Made by a program: the position numbers and the translations under genes | Notes under the pieces: generated by a model | Database searches by the model: none | Told to the model about the DNA's origin: nothing | The model's input: the letters and a program-made list of their open reading frames with translations, nothing else | Source of the DNA: an uncultured bacterium | GTDB taxonomy: Bacteria > Babelota > Babeliae > Babelales > Vermiphilaceae | NCBI GenBank assembly: GCA_963713925.1 | Contig: OY970212.1 | Coordinates: forward strand, 1,056,001 to 1,120,000 | Length of the DNA: 64,000 nucleotides | Reading direction: 5' to 3' | Shown here: positions 48,333-57,598 of the stretch, one piece after another | How the letters are laid out: each line of letters starts with the position of its first letter | How positions within the stretch are numbered: position 1 is the first letter of the stretch

Positions 48333-50750
48333 ATGGCGAACAATCCTTCGTCAAACAATGGTGATTACAAAGCGACGTCTATTAAAGTCATTGAAGGCTT
48401 AGAGGCTGTCAGAAAACGACCTGCCATGTATATCGGTTCAACCGGTGTCTCTGGTCTTCATCACTTGGTGTATGAAATTGTCGACAACTCAGTTGACGAA
48501 GCACTTGCCGGCTATTGCGATACGATCAATGTAATCCTCCATTCTGACGGTTCATGTTCCGTAGAAGATAATGGTCGTGGTATTCCCACCGACATTCACC
48601 CAACAGAAGGTGTATCGGCTGCTGAAGTCGTGCTCACCAAGTTGCATGCGGGTGGTAAGTTTGATAAAGAGTCTTACAAATATTCCGGTGGTTTGCATGG
48701 GGTCGGTGTCTCGGTTGTAAACGCCCTTTCCAAGCGGCTTGAGCTTACTATTTTTCGCGAAAACGCTGTCCACTTTCAAGTATATGAACGAGGCAAACCA
48801 CTCGCTCGCCTTGAAGTAATTGGGGACACCACTAAGCGTGGAACCCTCGTGCGCTTCTGGCCTGATGAAGAAATCTTTCAAGAAACAACAACGTTCAGCT
48901 TTGAAACATTGTCTGCTCGTTTGCGCGAATTGGCTTTTTTAAATAAAAAGCTCAGAATCAGCATTCTTGAAGAATCGACCACGAAATCACATGAATTCTA
49001 TTTTGAAGGTGGCATTAAGTCATTTATTGAACATATTAACGCCAAAAAGAATCCTCTTTTCCCTGAAATTTTGTACACCTTCCTAGATGCTGAAAATTAT
49101 CAATTGGAAGTTGCAATGCAATACAATGAAGGATATGGCGAACAACTCTTCTCATTTGTAAACAACATTAACACTGTTGAAGGCGGAACACACGTTTCAG
49201 GTTTCCGATCTGCATTGACCAAAATTTCCAATAAAAAAGGTACTGAACTCAATATCTTAAAAGGTGGCGAGCTTTTCTCAAGTGAAGATACGCGAGAAGG
49301 TTTAGTCGCGGTGATCAGCATGAAAGTGCCTGAACCACAATTTGAAGGCCAAACAAAAACAAAACTTGGCAACAGCGATGCAAAAGGAATAGTCGATTCA
49401 GCTGTCTTTGCGTTTCTTGATACATTCTTTGAAGAAAATCCATCAATTGCCCGCAAAATATTGCAAAAAGCTGAAATCGCAAAACAAGCACGCGAAGCTG
49501 CAAAAAAAGCCCGTGATTTAACCCGCAGAAAAACGGTGCTTGAATCAATGATCTTGCCCGGAAAACTTGCAGATTGTTCCAATGAAAATCCGGCAGAAAC
49601 CGAACTCTTTATCGTTGAGGGAGATTCTGCAGGTGGATCTGCAAAACAAGGGAGAGATCGAAACAATCAAGCAATCTTGCCACTCAAAGGTAAGATTCTC
49701 AACGTAGAAAAAGCACGTCTTGATAAGATATTATCAAATGATGAAATTAAGGCGCTCATTGCTGCTGTCGGATGCGGAATTGGCGAAGAATTTGATATCA
49801 ACAAAGCACGGTATCATAAAATTATTTTAATGACCGATGCTGACGTTGATGGAGCGCATATCAGAACACTTCTGCTCACTTTCTTCTTCCGGTACATGAA
49901 GCCCGTTGTAGAAGCGGGATATCTCTATATCGCTCAACCGCCACTCTACAAAGCAAAGATCGGCAAAAAAGAGCAATACCTCAAAGATGAACGCTCATTA
50001 AAACAGTTTTTATTTGATTGGGCGCAGGATCATACCTCGCTGCAATTGGACAATAAACCAGTCGATCAAGCAGAATGGAAGAGACTTCTTTTGAATCTCC
50101 TTGCCTATGATGAGCAAGTGCAAAAAGCGTCGATGACATTCAAAGTTGCATCTGATTATTGCCATCGCATTATGACGGCATTGTATAAAAATCCGTGGAG
50201 TTCGGATCAAGGATTTGAAAAACTGATTGAAATACTGCAAAAGAACTTTAAGCGTTTTCAAGTCAGCCTACACAAAGAAGTCGAAAACGTTGAAGAAATT
50301 GATCAAAGCCACAAACATCAATTTATTGTGTTCAAACTACTCAATAAAGAATGGCGTATTAGAACCGAATTCTTCACTTCTCCTGAATATATTCATTTGC
50401 TCACCATGCTTGATCCAATCGATGTCATTGTTGACAATGAATGGAACTTGCAGGTGATTGGCAAAGATCGAACTCTGGCAGGTCAGGGGCCGCTTGCGCT
50501 TGTCAACGCAATCAATCAATTGAGCAAACCATACATGAATATCCAACGCTACAAAGGGCTTGGAGAAATGAATCCTGATCAACTGTGGGAAACATCCATG
50601 GACACAAACACACGCGTGTTGCTCAAAGTCACTATCGCAGATGTGTTGGAAGCCGACAATTGGTTCACCACGCTCATGGGCGATGACGTCTCAGGAAGAA
50701 AAACCTACATTGAAGAATATGGGCATTTTGTAAAAAATTTGGATATTTAA
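48333..50750 (+). CDS. gyrB: DNA gyrase subunit B
   Basis: [54 protein letters not shown]. Confidence 0.97.
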   Translation: MANNPSSNNGDYKATSIKVIEGLEAVRKRPAMYIGSTGVSGLHHLVYEIVDNSVDEALAGYCDTINVILHSDGSCSVEDNGRGIPTDIHPTEGVSAAEVVLTKLHAGGKFDKESYKYSGGLHGVGVSVVNALSKRLELTIFRENAVHFQVYERGKPLARLEVIGDTTKRGTLVRFWPDEEIFQETTTFSFETLSARLRELAFLNKKLRISILEESTTKSHEFYFEGGIKSFIEHINAKKNPLFPEILYTFLDAENYQLEVAMQYNEGYGEQLFSFVNNINTVEGGTHVSGFRSALTKISNKKGTELNILKGGELFSSEDTREGLVAVISMKVPEPQFEGQTKTKLGNSDAKGIVDSAVFAFLDTFFEENPSIARKILQKAEIAKQAREAAKKARDLTRRKTVLESMILPGKLADCSNENPAETELFIVEGDSAGGSAKQGRDRNNQAILPLKGKILNVEKARLDKILSNDEIKALIAAVGCGIGEEFDINKARYHKIILMTDADVDGAHIRTLLLTFFFRYMKPVVEAGYLYIAQPPLYKAKIGKKEQYLKDERSLKQFLFDWAQDHTSLQLDNKPVDQAEWKRLLLNLLAYDEQVQKASMTFKVASDYCHRIMTALYKNPWSSDQGFEKLIEILQKNFKRFQVSLHKEVENVEEIDQSHKHQFIVFKLLNKEWRIRTEFFTSPEYIHLLTMLDPIDVIVDNEWNLQVIGKDRTLAGQGPLALVNAINQLSKPYMNIQRYKGLGEMNPDQLWETSMDTNTRVLLKVTIADVLEADNWFTTLMGDDVSGRKTYIEEYGHFVKNLDI

Positions 50751-50783
50751 TTATTCTGTATTTTATCTCTTAAAGGAGTTCCC

Positions 50784-51104
50784 TTGAACTTTGCTGCCAT
50801 GCTCAGCATATTTTTCTTTTTCTGTGTTGCTATAAACGCTTCTAATCTCCCCTCATTACCCGGTTACACTAAGAGGAAAATATATAAGGGGCCCCTTAAA
50901 GGTTTCCGGCACATAGCATCCAATAAAATGAGGGACCAGTACATTCATCAGGATAGAGTACAATATCAGCAAAACAGATCTCAGCAAAGCTTTCCATGTA
51001 GCCAAAACCCGGAAGCTTTGCCACAAATAGAATTGGACGAGCCTACATCAGTGGGATCGGAATTCTATAGAAAATTGACGAAACAAGATTCCTGGAGCAA
51101 TTGA
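50784..51104 (+). CDS. Small secreted hypothetical protein
   Basis: AAGGAG RBS, TTG start, signal peptide. Confidence 0.55.
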   Translation: MNFAAMLSIFFFFCVAINASNLPSLPGYTKRKIYKGPLKGFRHIASNKMRDQYIHQDRVQYQQNRSQQSFPCSQNPEALPQIELDEPTSVGSEFYRKLTKQDSWSN

Positions 51105-51182
51105 TTTTTTTTTCATCGTAAAAAAAGAAGTTATTTCGCTGCACGTACTATTGCGATTTATTTTTAACGAGAAAGGTTTTAT

Positions 51183-51491
51183 ATGAAAACTCAGGCGTTT
51201 GCCTTTGTAGTAGCTATTATTTTCACACAATCAGTTATAGGTAGTGAAAAAAACAAAACCGAATTTGAGCTCTATCTTGAAGCACAAAAAAATCGTCTCA
51301 CTAGTTCGAGGGAAATCTTACGAACAAGCGGCGATAGTGCCATATCAAAACACCAACATAATCTTTCAGTTCTTAAATGTGATCAATGCGGGTCCGGACA
51401 TACTCGAAAAAAGTCCGACGAAGAAATGATGAACCAAGCGCTTATGCATTTTTTGCAACTGGATGATGCGGATAATAATATACATGGATAA
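51183..51491 (+). CDS. Small secreted hypothetical protein
   Basis: Signal peptide; CDQC motif. Confidence 0.55.
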   Translation: MKTQAFAFVVAIIFTQSVIGSEKNKTEFELYLEAQKNRLTSSREILRTSGDSAISKHQHNLSVLKCDQCGSGHTRKKSDEEMMNQALMHFLQLDDADNNIHG

Positions 51492-52485
51492 ATTCTCCGA
51501 CATCACGCTCAGTGACAAAATTCATTCTTATATTGCTCAAAACAAACTCATGTCCCCCGGGCAAACGGTTGTCATCGGCCTTTCCGGGGGCCCTGACTCA
51601 GCTTGTTTAACCCACTTGTTAGCGCAACTGCGCGAAAGCTTGGGCATTACCCTTATTGCCGCACACCTTGATCACGGATGGCGAACAACGTCAGCTGACG
51701 ATGCGCTGTGGTGCAAACAATTGGCAGAGTCTCTGAATATCCCTTTTGTTGGCAAAAAAATTTCAGAACTTAATCATACCATCGCTTACAATGGTTCTAA
51801 AGAAGCATATGCTCGATCGATTCGTAGATACTTTTTCAAGACTGTGGCAGAACAGTTCCGTGCAGATGCCATCGCAATGGCCCACCATGCTCAAGATCAA
51901 GAAGAAACATTTTTCATTCGTCTCGCTCGAGGAGCAACGCTGAGCGGCCTGACCGGTATGAAAGCAAAGGATGGCATTTTTATTCGCCCACTTTTGCAAA
52001 CTAATAAGACAGACATTCTTGCATATTTGTGCGAGCATAATCTTTCCTATCGTCTTGATGAGACAAATGAATCTCATGATTTCTTGCGCAATAGAATTCG
52101 AATGTCACTCATGCCACAGCTTGATGCCACTGATGCGCGCATGAGACAAAATCTGGCGCGCACAATGGAACATTTGGCCGAGACCGAACAGTACCTTCAG
52201 GCGCATACGCGCAACTTATTCTTACGCGTTACAACTGATCTTGATGGATCTTTGGCACTTACCACTCAACCCTTTTTCGAGCTCGTCCCCTACGCACAAA
52301 AAAGAATTCTCATACATTTTCTCATACAAAACCAAGTTCCTTTTACTCCCAGCGAAGCTTTACTTGATGAGATCCTACGTTTTATGAAAAATAAACGATC
52401 TTTAACGCACGCACTTCATGCTTCATGGAATTTAAAAAAACAACAAACATCAAGCGGTGAATTGCTCCGCATTGTTCATATATAG
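51484..52485 (+). CDS. tilS: tRNA(Ile)-lysidine synthetase
   Basis: SGGPDS, HLDHGWR, AHHAQDQEET, IRPLL, DETN, RNRIR. Confidence 0.95.
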   Translation: MDKFSDITLSDKIHSYIAQNKLMSPGQTVVIGLSGGPDSACLTHLLAQLRESLGITLIAAHLDHGWRTTSADDALWCKQLAESLNIPFVGKKISELNHTIAYNGSKEAYARSIRRYFFKTVAEQFRADAIAMAHHAQDQEETFFIRLARGATLSGLTGMKAKDGIFIRPLLQTNKTDILAYLCEHNLSYRLDETNESHDFLRNRIRMSLMPQLDATDARMRQNLARTMEHLAETEQYLQAHTRNLFLRVTTDLDGSLALTTQPFFELVPYAQKRILIHFLIQNQVPFTPSEALLDEILRFMKNKRSLTHALHASWNLKKQQTSSGELLRIVHI

Positions 52486-52524
52486 AAATGCACGAGCCAT
52501 TTAAACTTACTTGGCTATTTTCTC

Positions 52525-52779
52525 GTTCGAATGGTTCGACTCGTTTCACTTTTGCCCATGCTTATACCCCACACTTACGTGCGGGGACCCCGAATTCGCA
52601 TGGGGCCCGAAACTCCGCTCACCACGAACGAAAATGGGTTCCGGTTCCGCTGCGTTTACGATGAATGTAGAGGAGCTGCAATACTACAACAAACATTTAC
52701 CCAGGTTCGTGGTGAGCGAAACTACGGGCCCCATGCGAAAAGCTTGGGTGAAAATGTCGTGGAGTCGAACCATTCGAAC
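52525..52779. repeat. Inverted pair of nested family-D repeats
   Basis: Reverse copy 52525-52630 with two nested family-C units; forward copy 52705-52779 with one. Confidence 0.8.
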
Positions 52780-52854
52780 CAATATATGATATGCACCAAA
52801 ATTGTAACCCGTGTTTAGCCATCCGATAAATGCTATATGTGCCCAATAATTTTC

Positions 52855-53805
52855 TTACTTGTCCTTCAATTTTGATTTTCCAGAACGAGAATAAAAATGA
52901 GAAACGGCTGCACACGACTTGCTTCTCTTTTTTTGCTTTAATGATACAGCATCTGAAAAAAAGTTCTTCCAAGGGTCATTTCTTTTTAATATTTTTTTGA
53001 TATCTTTCAGTCGAAACTGATCAGATTTTTTAACAGACTTTTCAAGCTCGTGCCAAGAGAGCGGCAATGCGATCGGAGCTCCCTCTTTAGCGCGTAAGCT
53101 GTAGGGCGCTACTGCCGTTTGACCAAATTCATTACGAAGATAATCAATAAAAATTCTGTTGCCCCGTTTCTCTTTGCGAAGTTCCAAAGTAGTTACTTTC
53201 GGCAATCGTGCATTTAATTCAAGAGCAATATTACATGCAACATTTTTGACAATATCAAAAGCATAACGACGCTTGATGGGAACAACGACATGCAATCCAC
53301 GCGAACCGGTAGTCATCACATACGGATGATATCCATACGATTCTAACAGTTCTTTCAATACAAACGCCGTTTTTTTTATCGTCTCAAATGTTATTTTTCC
53401 TGAAGGATCAAGATCAAAAATGATCCGATCTGGTTTGTCAGGCATATCCGCCTTGCTCAGCCAACTGTGAAACACAAGCGTATTGTAATTGGCAAGATAG
53501 ACTATTTGCGTCTGACTCGTGAGCTGCACATAATGAACCTTTTTGCCATCTGCTCGAGCTATTTCAACTAATTTCATCTCTTGCGCAAAGCTCTCTGGAG
53601 CATCTTTGTGAAAAAAGCCTTCATGCCCAATCCCTTCAGGAAATCGCTGCATGACAATCAAATGGCCTTTAATGAGAGCCATCATTCGAGAAGCACACTG
53701 TTGATAGTACCGAGCGACCTTTCCTTTTGTAATCTTATCTACCGGATATAAAATCTTCGTTGCATGCGTAATTTCCACAAAACGATTACCACTTTTCAAC
53801 TTCAT
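52855..53805 (-). CDS. LigD-type primase-polymerase domain protein (standalone)
   Basis: RFPEGI...FFHK, FDLDP, TTGSRGLHV, IFIDYLRN..GQT.VAPYSLRA. Confidence 0.9.
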   Translation of the reverse strand: MKLKSGNRFVEITHATKILYPVDKITKGKVARYYQQCASRMMALIKGHLIVMQRFPEGIGHEGFFHKDAPESFAQEMKLVEIARADGKKVHYVQLTSQTQIVYLANYNTLVFHSWLSKADMPDKPDRIIFDLDPSGKITFETIKKTAFVLKELLESYGYHPYVMTTGSRGLHVVVPIKRRYAFDIVKNVACNIALELNARLPKVTTLELRKEKRGNRIFIDYLRNEFGQTAVAPYSLRAKEGAPIALPLSWHELEKSVKKSDQFRLKDIKKILKRNDPWKNFFSDAVSLKQKKRSKSCAAVSHFYSRSGKSKLKDK

Positions 53806-53913
53806 TACCACGTCCCCCTTATTGCATATCTCATTTTTTTTATACACAATCGGCACAAAAAAAAGATAGAGACATTTTCATGTCTCTATCCGTACTTTCT
53901 TGAAAAGGTCTTT

Positions 53914-54306
53914 TTAGTTTTTGGTAACAGTCACCGCAAGTGTAACCGGGCCACCTTCCTCTTGATCAGGAACTATGGTGAAGAGAACTGGACTTCCCCA
54001 GTTTGATTCTACCGACCCTGACCCACGGCTAGTTATCGTATCTTTTCCATCTCTCACTTCTAAATCAAGAACAAGCTTAATATCAGATCCTGCTTGTTCC
54101 ACTGTGTCAAGCACGGTAATATGAAAATCTACAAAACCCGCTTTATTTTCTTGTTCAATTGACAATGTCGCGCGTTCGGAAAACGCAACATCAGCTTCAT
54201 GCTTCATTGATTGATCTTGAATTTTCAATTCTGTTTCAATATGAACTGTGGCATTTATCGCAAGGCAAAGCCCGAAAGCTGATGCCACCATTAATTTCTT
54301 TAGCAT
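53914..54306 (-). CDS. Secreted hypothetical beta-rich protein
   Basis: Signal peptide ending AINA. Confidence 0.65.
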   Translation of the reverse strand: MLKKLMVASAFGLCLAINATVHIETELKIQDQSMKHEADVAFSERATLSIEQENKAGFVDFHITVLDTVEQAGSDIKLVLDLEVRDGKDTITSRGSGSVESNWGSPVLFTIVPDQEEGGPVTLAVTVTKN

Positions 54307-54468
54307 AATATTTCCTTTTTTATTTTATCCAAAGCTGCCGCCGAGGGCCCCGATTTAGCCCCGGCTACTTGCCGGAGGTCCAGATTCAGGAAGTTGTATA
54401 TTCAAGAAAGCTCCCACATTCTAATCAAAGATGTTTAACAAGTAAAGGAAAAACGATGCAACAGATAG

Positions 54469-55089
54469 TCAATGAAGCCGTGGAGAAGTCCCCTTTTGAT
54501 AGTCTGGATTATTAGTCCACTTAACTTTTCCTGCATCGTCTAGAATGAAATATCTGTTTTGTCCTTCATACTTTTTTTTGAACAAAGGGAATATACCCTT
54601 CGGAATAGATATAGTTTGACCTCGCTCAAACGATTCTTTCGGTTTTGTTGCATTCCACTCAGGAAAATCTGTGTTCATTAGATACATCAATTTACCCTCC
54701 GGTATATCCAATCTATACCTATCGTTGCTTTTCCCATCGATGCTTCTCTCATTAAATACAGGCACCCACTTATCATCTTTATACTTAAAATTAGAAGGTC
54801 CTTTATATTTAATACGATAATAGGGTTCTCCGTTCACAATCGATTTATAAATATCCTCATAAAATGCTCCTTCAGATGTGTACTCAAGTGTAACAAGTTG
54901 TTCTTCTTTATTATCTATGTAAATTTTTCCTCTTGGTGCTATATGAGTTCCAGGTGCATTGGTTATTTTATAGTACGGAACATCTTCGGGCCGTGGACTT
55001 TGTAGATCGCGAATAGATTCGGGTTTGTCCGCCGCAAATGAAACAATATGTGTCATTGTTAAAAAAAGAAATAAAAAATTTTTCCTCAT
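54469..55089 (-). CDS. Secreted hypothetical protein, paralog of the N-terminal domain of the next gene
   Basis: Shares YKSIV.G.P.YRIKYK and RGQTISIP.GIFPLFKKKYEGQ..YFILDD with 55483..57117. Confidence 0.8.
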   Translation of the reverse strand: MRKNFLFLFLTMTHIVSFAADKPESIRDLQSPRPEDVPYYKITNAPGTHIAPRGKIYIDNKEEQLVTLEYTSEGAFYEDIYKSIVNGEPYYRIKYKGPSNFKYKDDKWVPVFNERSIDGKSNDRYRLDIPEGKLMYLMNTDFPEWNATKPKESFERGQTISIPKGIFPLFKKKYEGQNRYFILDDAGKVKWTNNPDYQKGTSPRLH

Positions 55090-55283
55090 CGCAAACTCCT
55101 GAAACAACAGACATTAATCATTATTTTCAAGTTTGTCATCTTTTACTGAAACAAAGCAACTGTTTAACTCCCACGCCCAAGACTGTGTCTTGTTAGAGTC
55201 CGTTGATTTTTTGAAAATCTCAATAAAATAGTTTCCAATCGTTTAAACGTCACTAAATAAAAATTCCGTGATGTAATATAATC

Positions 55284-55422
55284 GTTGTGGTGAGCGAAGT
55301 TTCGGACCCCATGCGAATTCGGTGGCCCCCGAACGTCCTGTCGCGCCGCAGTCTATTAACGATGGCGGAAAGTGTGGGGTATAAGCTTGGGCAAAAGTGC
55401 AACGGAGTCGAACCATACGAAC
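55284..55422. repeat. Triply nested repeat D[C[C[B]]]
   Basis: Nearly the same as 57269-57374 but with an extra 33-bp family-B unit at 55337-55369. Confidence 0.8.
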
Positions 55423-55482
55423 TTTTTTAATTGTATCTTTTTTGCATAATTCTTCATTTCTCGCTATCCATATGCATATCAG

Positions 55483-57117
55483 TTACCAGTGTCCCGGGTT
55501 CTTCCAATAATCCATAGTCATATACCCCTCAAAAATAGTTGGTATAATTTCCTCTCGTTCTACCCATATCAAGAACGGTTGGTTGATGATATATCGAGTC
55601 GGCTGAGAGATAGGTGCGGAACCACGCATCATTCCCACTGTAACGGCTGTTTCAAATTTCGCCCCAATTTCATTCATTTGAAACTTTATTTCTTGTAGAG
55701 CTTGGTTAACGGTATACGCTCCAAATCGAAGACCCATTAATGTATCTAATTGCTTTTCCACCTTACAATCAATCATGGGAAAGACGAGCTCATTATAATA
55801 AGAAGATTGACCCTTTTTACTGCTTATAGCATCTTTAATAGCATTAATTTCCAAAGAAATTTCGTCTTCCGTCGGCGGATGACCAAAATATGGCTTGTCT
55901 TTCTTTGCTGCCATATAAACAAGATCGTTACTCTTAGTTACCAATTGAATGACCGTTATCTCTGCGCCGAACTTATCAAAACGCATATTGGGCTCTCGTG
56001 TAGAATTTTTCATTATTACCACAGGAAATTTCTGACTATCGTTAAGCGTAAGTGTCCCATTGCTACCCTTAAACAGCCATTGAACAAGAATCTTTTGGAT
56101 AGTAACAACTCCCAAACCGTTAGTCGGGAAGGGATTCAATCGAATCGAAAAACCATGAGTCGCAAGTACATTATTGAGAAGATTATAATTATTTGATGCG
56201 GTCGCTATTAATTCTTGATTGTTAAATGCTGTCAATCGTTTATCACCTTGTTGGCTGTATGAAAGATACTGCTGCTTAAAATTTTGTTGCGCATTTAGCA
56301 TATCAGTAGCTCTTGTAGCAGTAAGACATTCATCTATTGCTCTCATAATGCTAAACGGAGCCAGCAAAGGTCCGGATTGTGTCGTTTGACCCCCTCTGTA
56401 AACCGGTTGCGGTGTAGACGGGGAAGGCAATGGTACTTCATGTGTTTGCGAAACACCCGCTGCCGCTGAAGCCGATGGAGTTGATGATAATCCACGATGT
56501 GTTGACGTGGCAGCCGCTGAAGCCTCCGCTAGCTTGCTTGTTACAGGATACCTTGAATGATTATTACTCCAAACAACTTCCCCCACATCATCTAGAATGA
56601 AATATATGTCTTGCCCTTCATACTTTTTTTTGAATAAGGGGAATATGCCACTAGGAATAGATATCGTTTGACCTCGCAAAAATGATTCTTCGCGTTTTTC
56701 AGGAGAAGAGGAGTCCCAATGAGGAAAATCTAAGTTTTTTAGTAACACCAATTTGTCGCGAAGTATATCACTTCTACTATAATTCTTTCCATCATTAAAT
56801 ACAGGCTCCCATCTATCATCTGCATACTTAAAATGAGGAGTTGTTTTATATTTAATTCGGTAAAAAGGGTCCCCTGTCACAATCGATTTATAAACAGCCT
56901 CATAAAATTTTCCTTGAGACGGGTAATCATATACAAGGGGTTGACCATTAGGGATCGTGTAAACAAGTCCCCTTGGTGTTACCGATACATGTTCGTCATA
57001 ATAAATAGAGTTGGTATTTGCGTCGTCTTGAAGCTTGGGAATAGGATTGGATTCTTCTGCTGCAAATGAAACAATATGTATCATTGTTAAAAAAAGAAAT
57101 AAAAACTGTTTCCTCAT
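55483..57117 (-). CDS. Secreted protein: orphan domain, S/T/A/P linker, serpin-like C-terminal domain
   Basis: QALQEIKFQMNEIGA...IINQPFLIWV...IFEGY...NP resembles the serpin s5A-RCL-s1C-s4B/s5B end. Confidence 0.7.
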   Translation of the reverse strand: MRKQFLFLFLTMIHIVSFAAEESNPIPKLQDDANTNSIYYDEHVSVTPRGLVYTIPNGQPLVYDYPSQGKFYEAVYKSIVTGDPFYRIKYKTTPHFKYADDRWEPVFNDGKNYSRSDILRDKLVLLKNLDFPHWDSSSPEKREESFLRGQTISIPSGIFPLFKKKYEGQDIYFILDDVGEVVWSNNHSRYPVTSKLAEASAAATSTHRGLSSTPSASAAAGVSQTHEVPLPSPSTPQPVYRGGQTTQSGPLLAPFSIMRAIDECLTATRATDMLNAQQNFKQQYLSYSQQGDKRLTAFNNQELIATASNNYNLLNNVLATHGFSIRLNPFPTNGLGVVTIQKILVQWLFKGSNGTLTLNDSQKFPVVIMKNSTREPNMRFDKFGAEITVIQLVTKSNDLVYMAAKKDKPYFGHPPTEDEISLEINAIKDAISSKKGQSSYYNELVFPMIDCKVEKQLDTLMGLRFGAYTVNQALQEIKFQMNEIGAKFETAVTVGMMRGSAPISQPTRYIINQPFLIWVEREEIIPTIFEGYMTMDYWKNPGHW

Positions 57118-57268
57118 CGCAACCCCTTGAAACAACAGACATTAATTATTATTTTCAAGTTTGTCATATTTTACTGTAACAAAGCAACAGCTTAACTCCC
57201 ATGATCAAGACTGTGTCTTGTTAGAGTCCGTTGATTTTTTGAAAATCTCAATAAAATAGTTTCCAATC

Positions 57269-57483
57269 GTTCGTGGTGAGCGAAGTTTCGGGCCCCCTGC
57301 GAATTCGGGGCCCCCATACGTAAGTGTGGGGTATAAGCTTGGGCAAAAGTGCAACGGAGTCGAACCATACGAACTTTTTTATTTGTATCTTTTTGCAAAA
57401 TTCTTCATTTCTCGCTATCCATATGCATATTTATTTTTTGTTCGTATGGTTCGACTGCACTACGTTCCGCTCACCACGAACGG
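57269..57483. repeat. Inverted pair of family-D repeats (one nested, one empty)
   Basis: Forward 57269-57374; reverse minimal copy 57440-57483. Confidence 0.8.
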
Positions 57484-57598
57484 TTAATGTAAAAAATCAA
57501 TTAAGTGTCGATCGGATATCACGAGCAATTCATTTTAACCCCGGCAAGTAGCCGGGGGCCCGTTTCAGCGCAAAAAACTCTTTGAGGCACTATTTCAA

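Noticed and set aside
48552..50582. Long antisense ORFs within gyrB (likewise within lon, leuS, recJ and der)
   Set aside because: Antisense shadows of conserved housekeeping genes
52511..52972. Track ORFs 52511..52789, 52531..52818 and 52697..52972
   Set aside because: Translations of the family-D repeat pair with no protein-like features
52525..57483. Recurring ~14-bp motifs with variable interiors as a CRISPR array
   Set aside because: Copies are dispersed, in both orientations, not regularly spaced, and no cas genes are present
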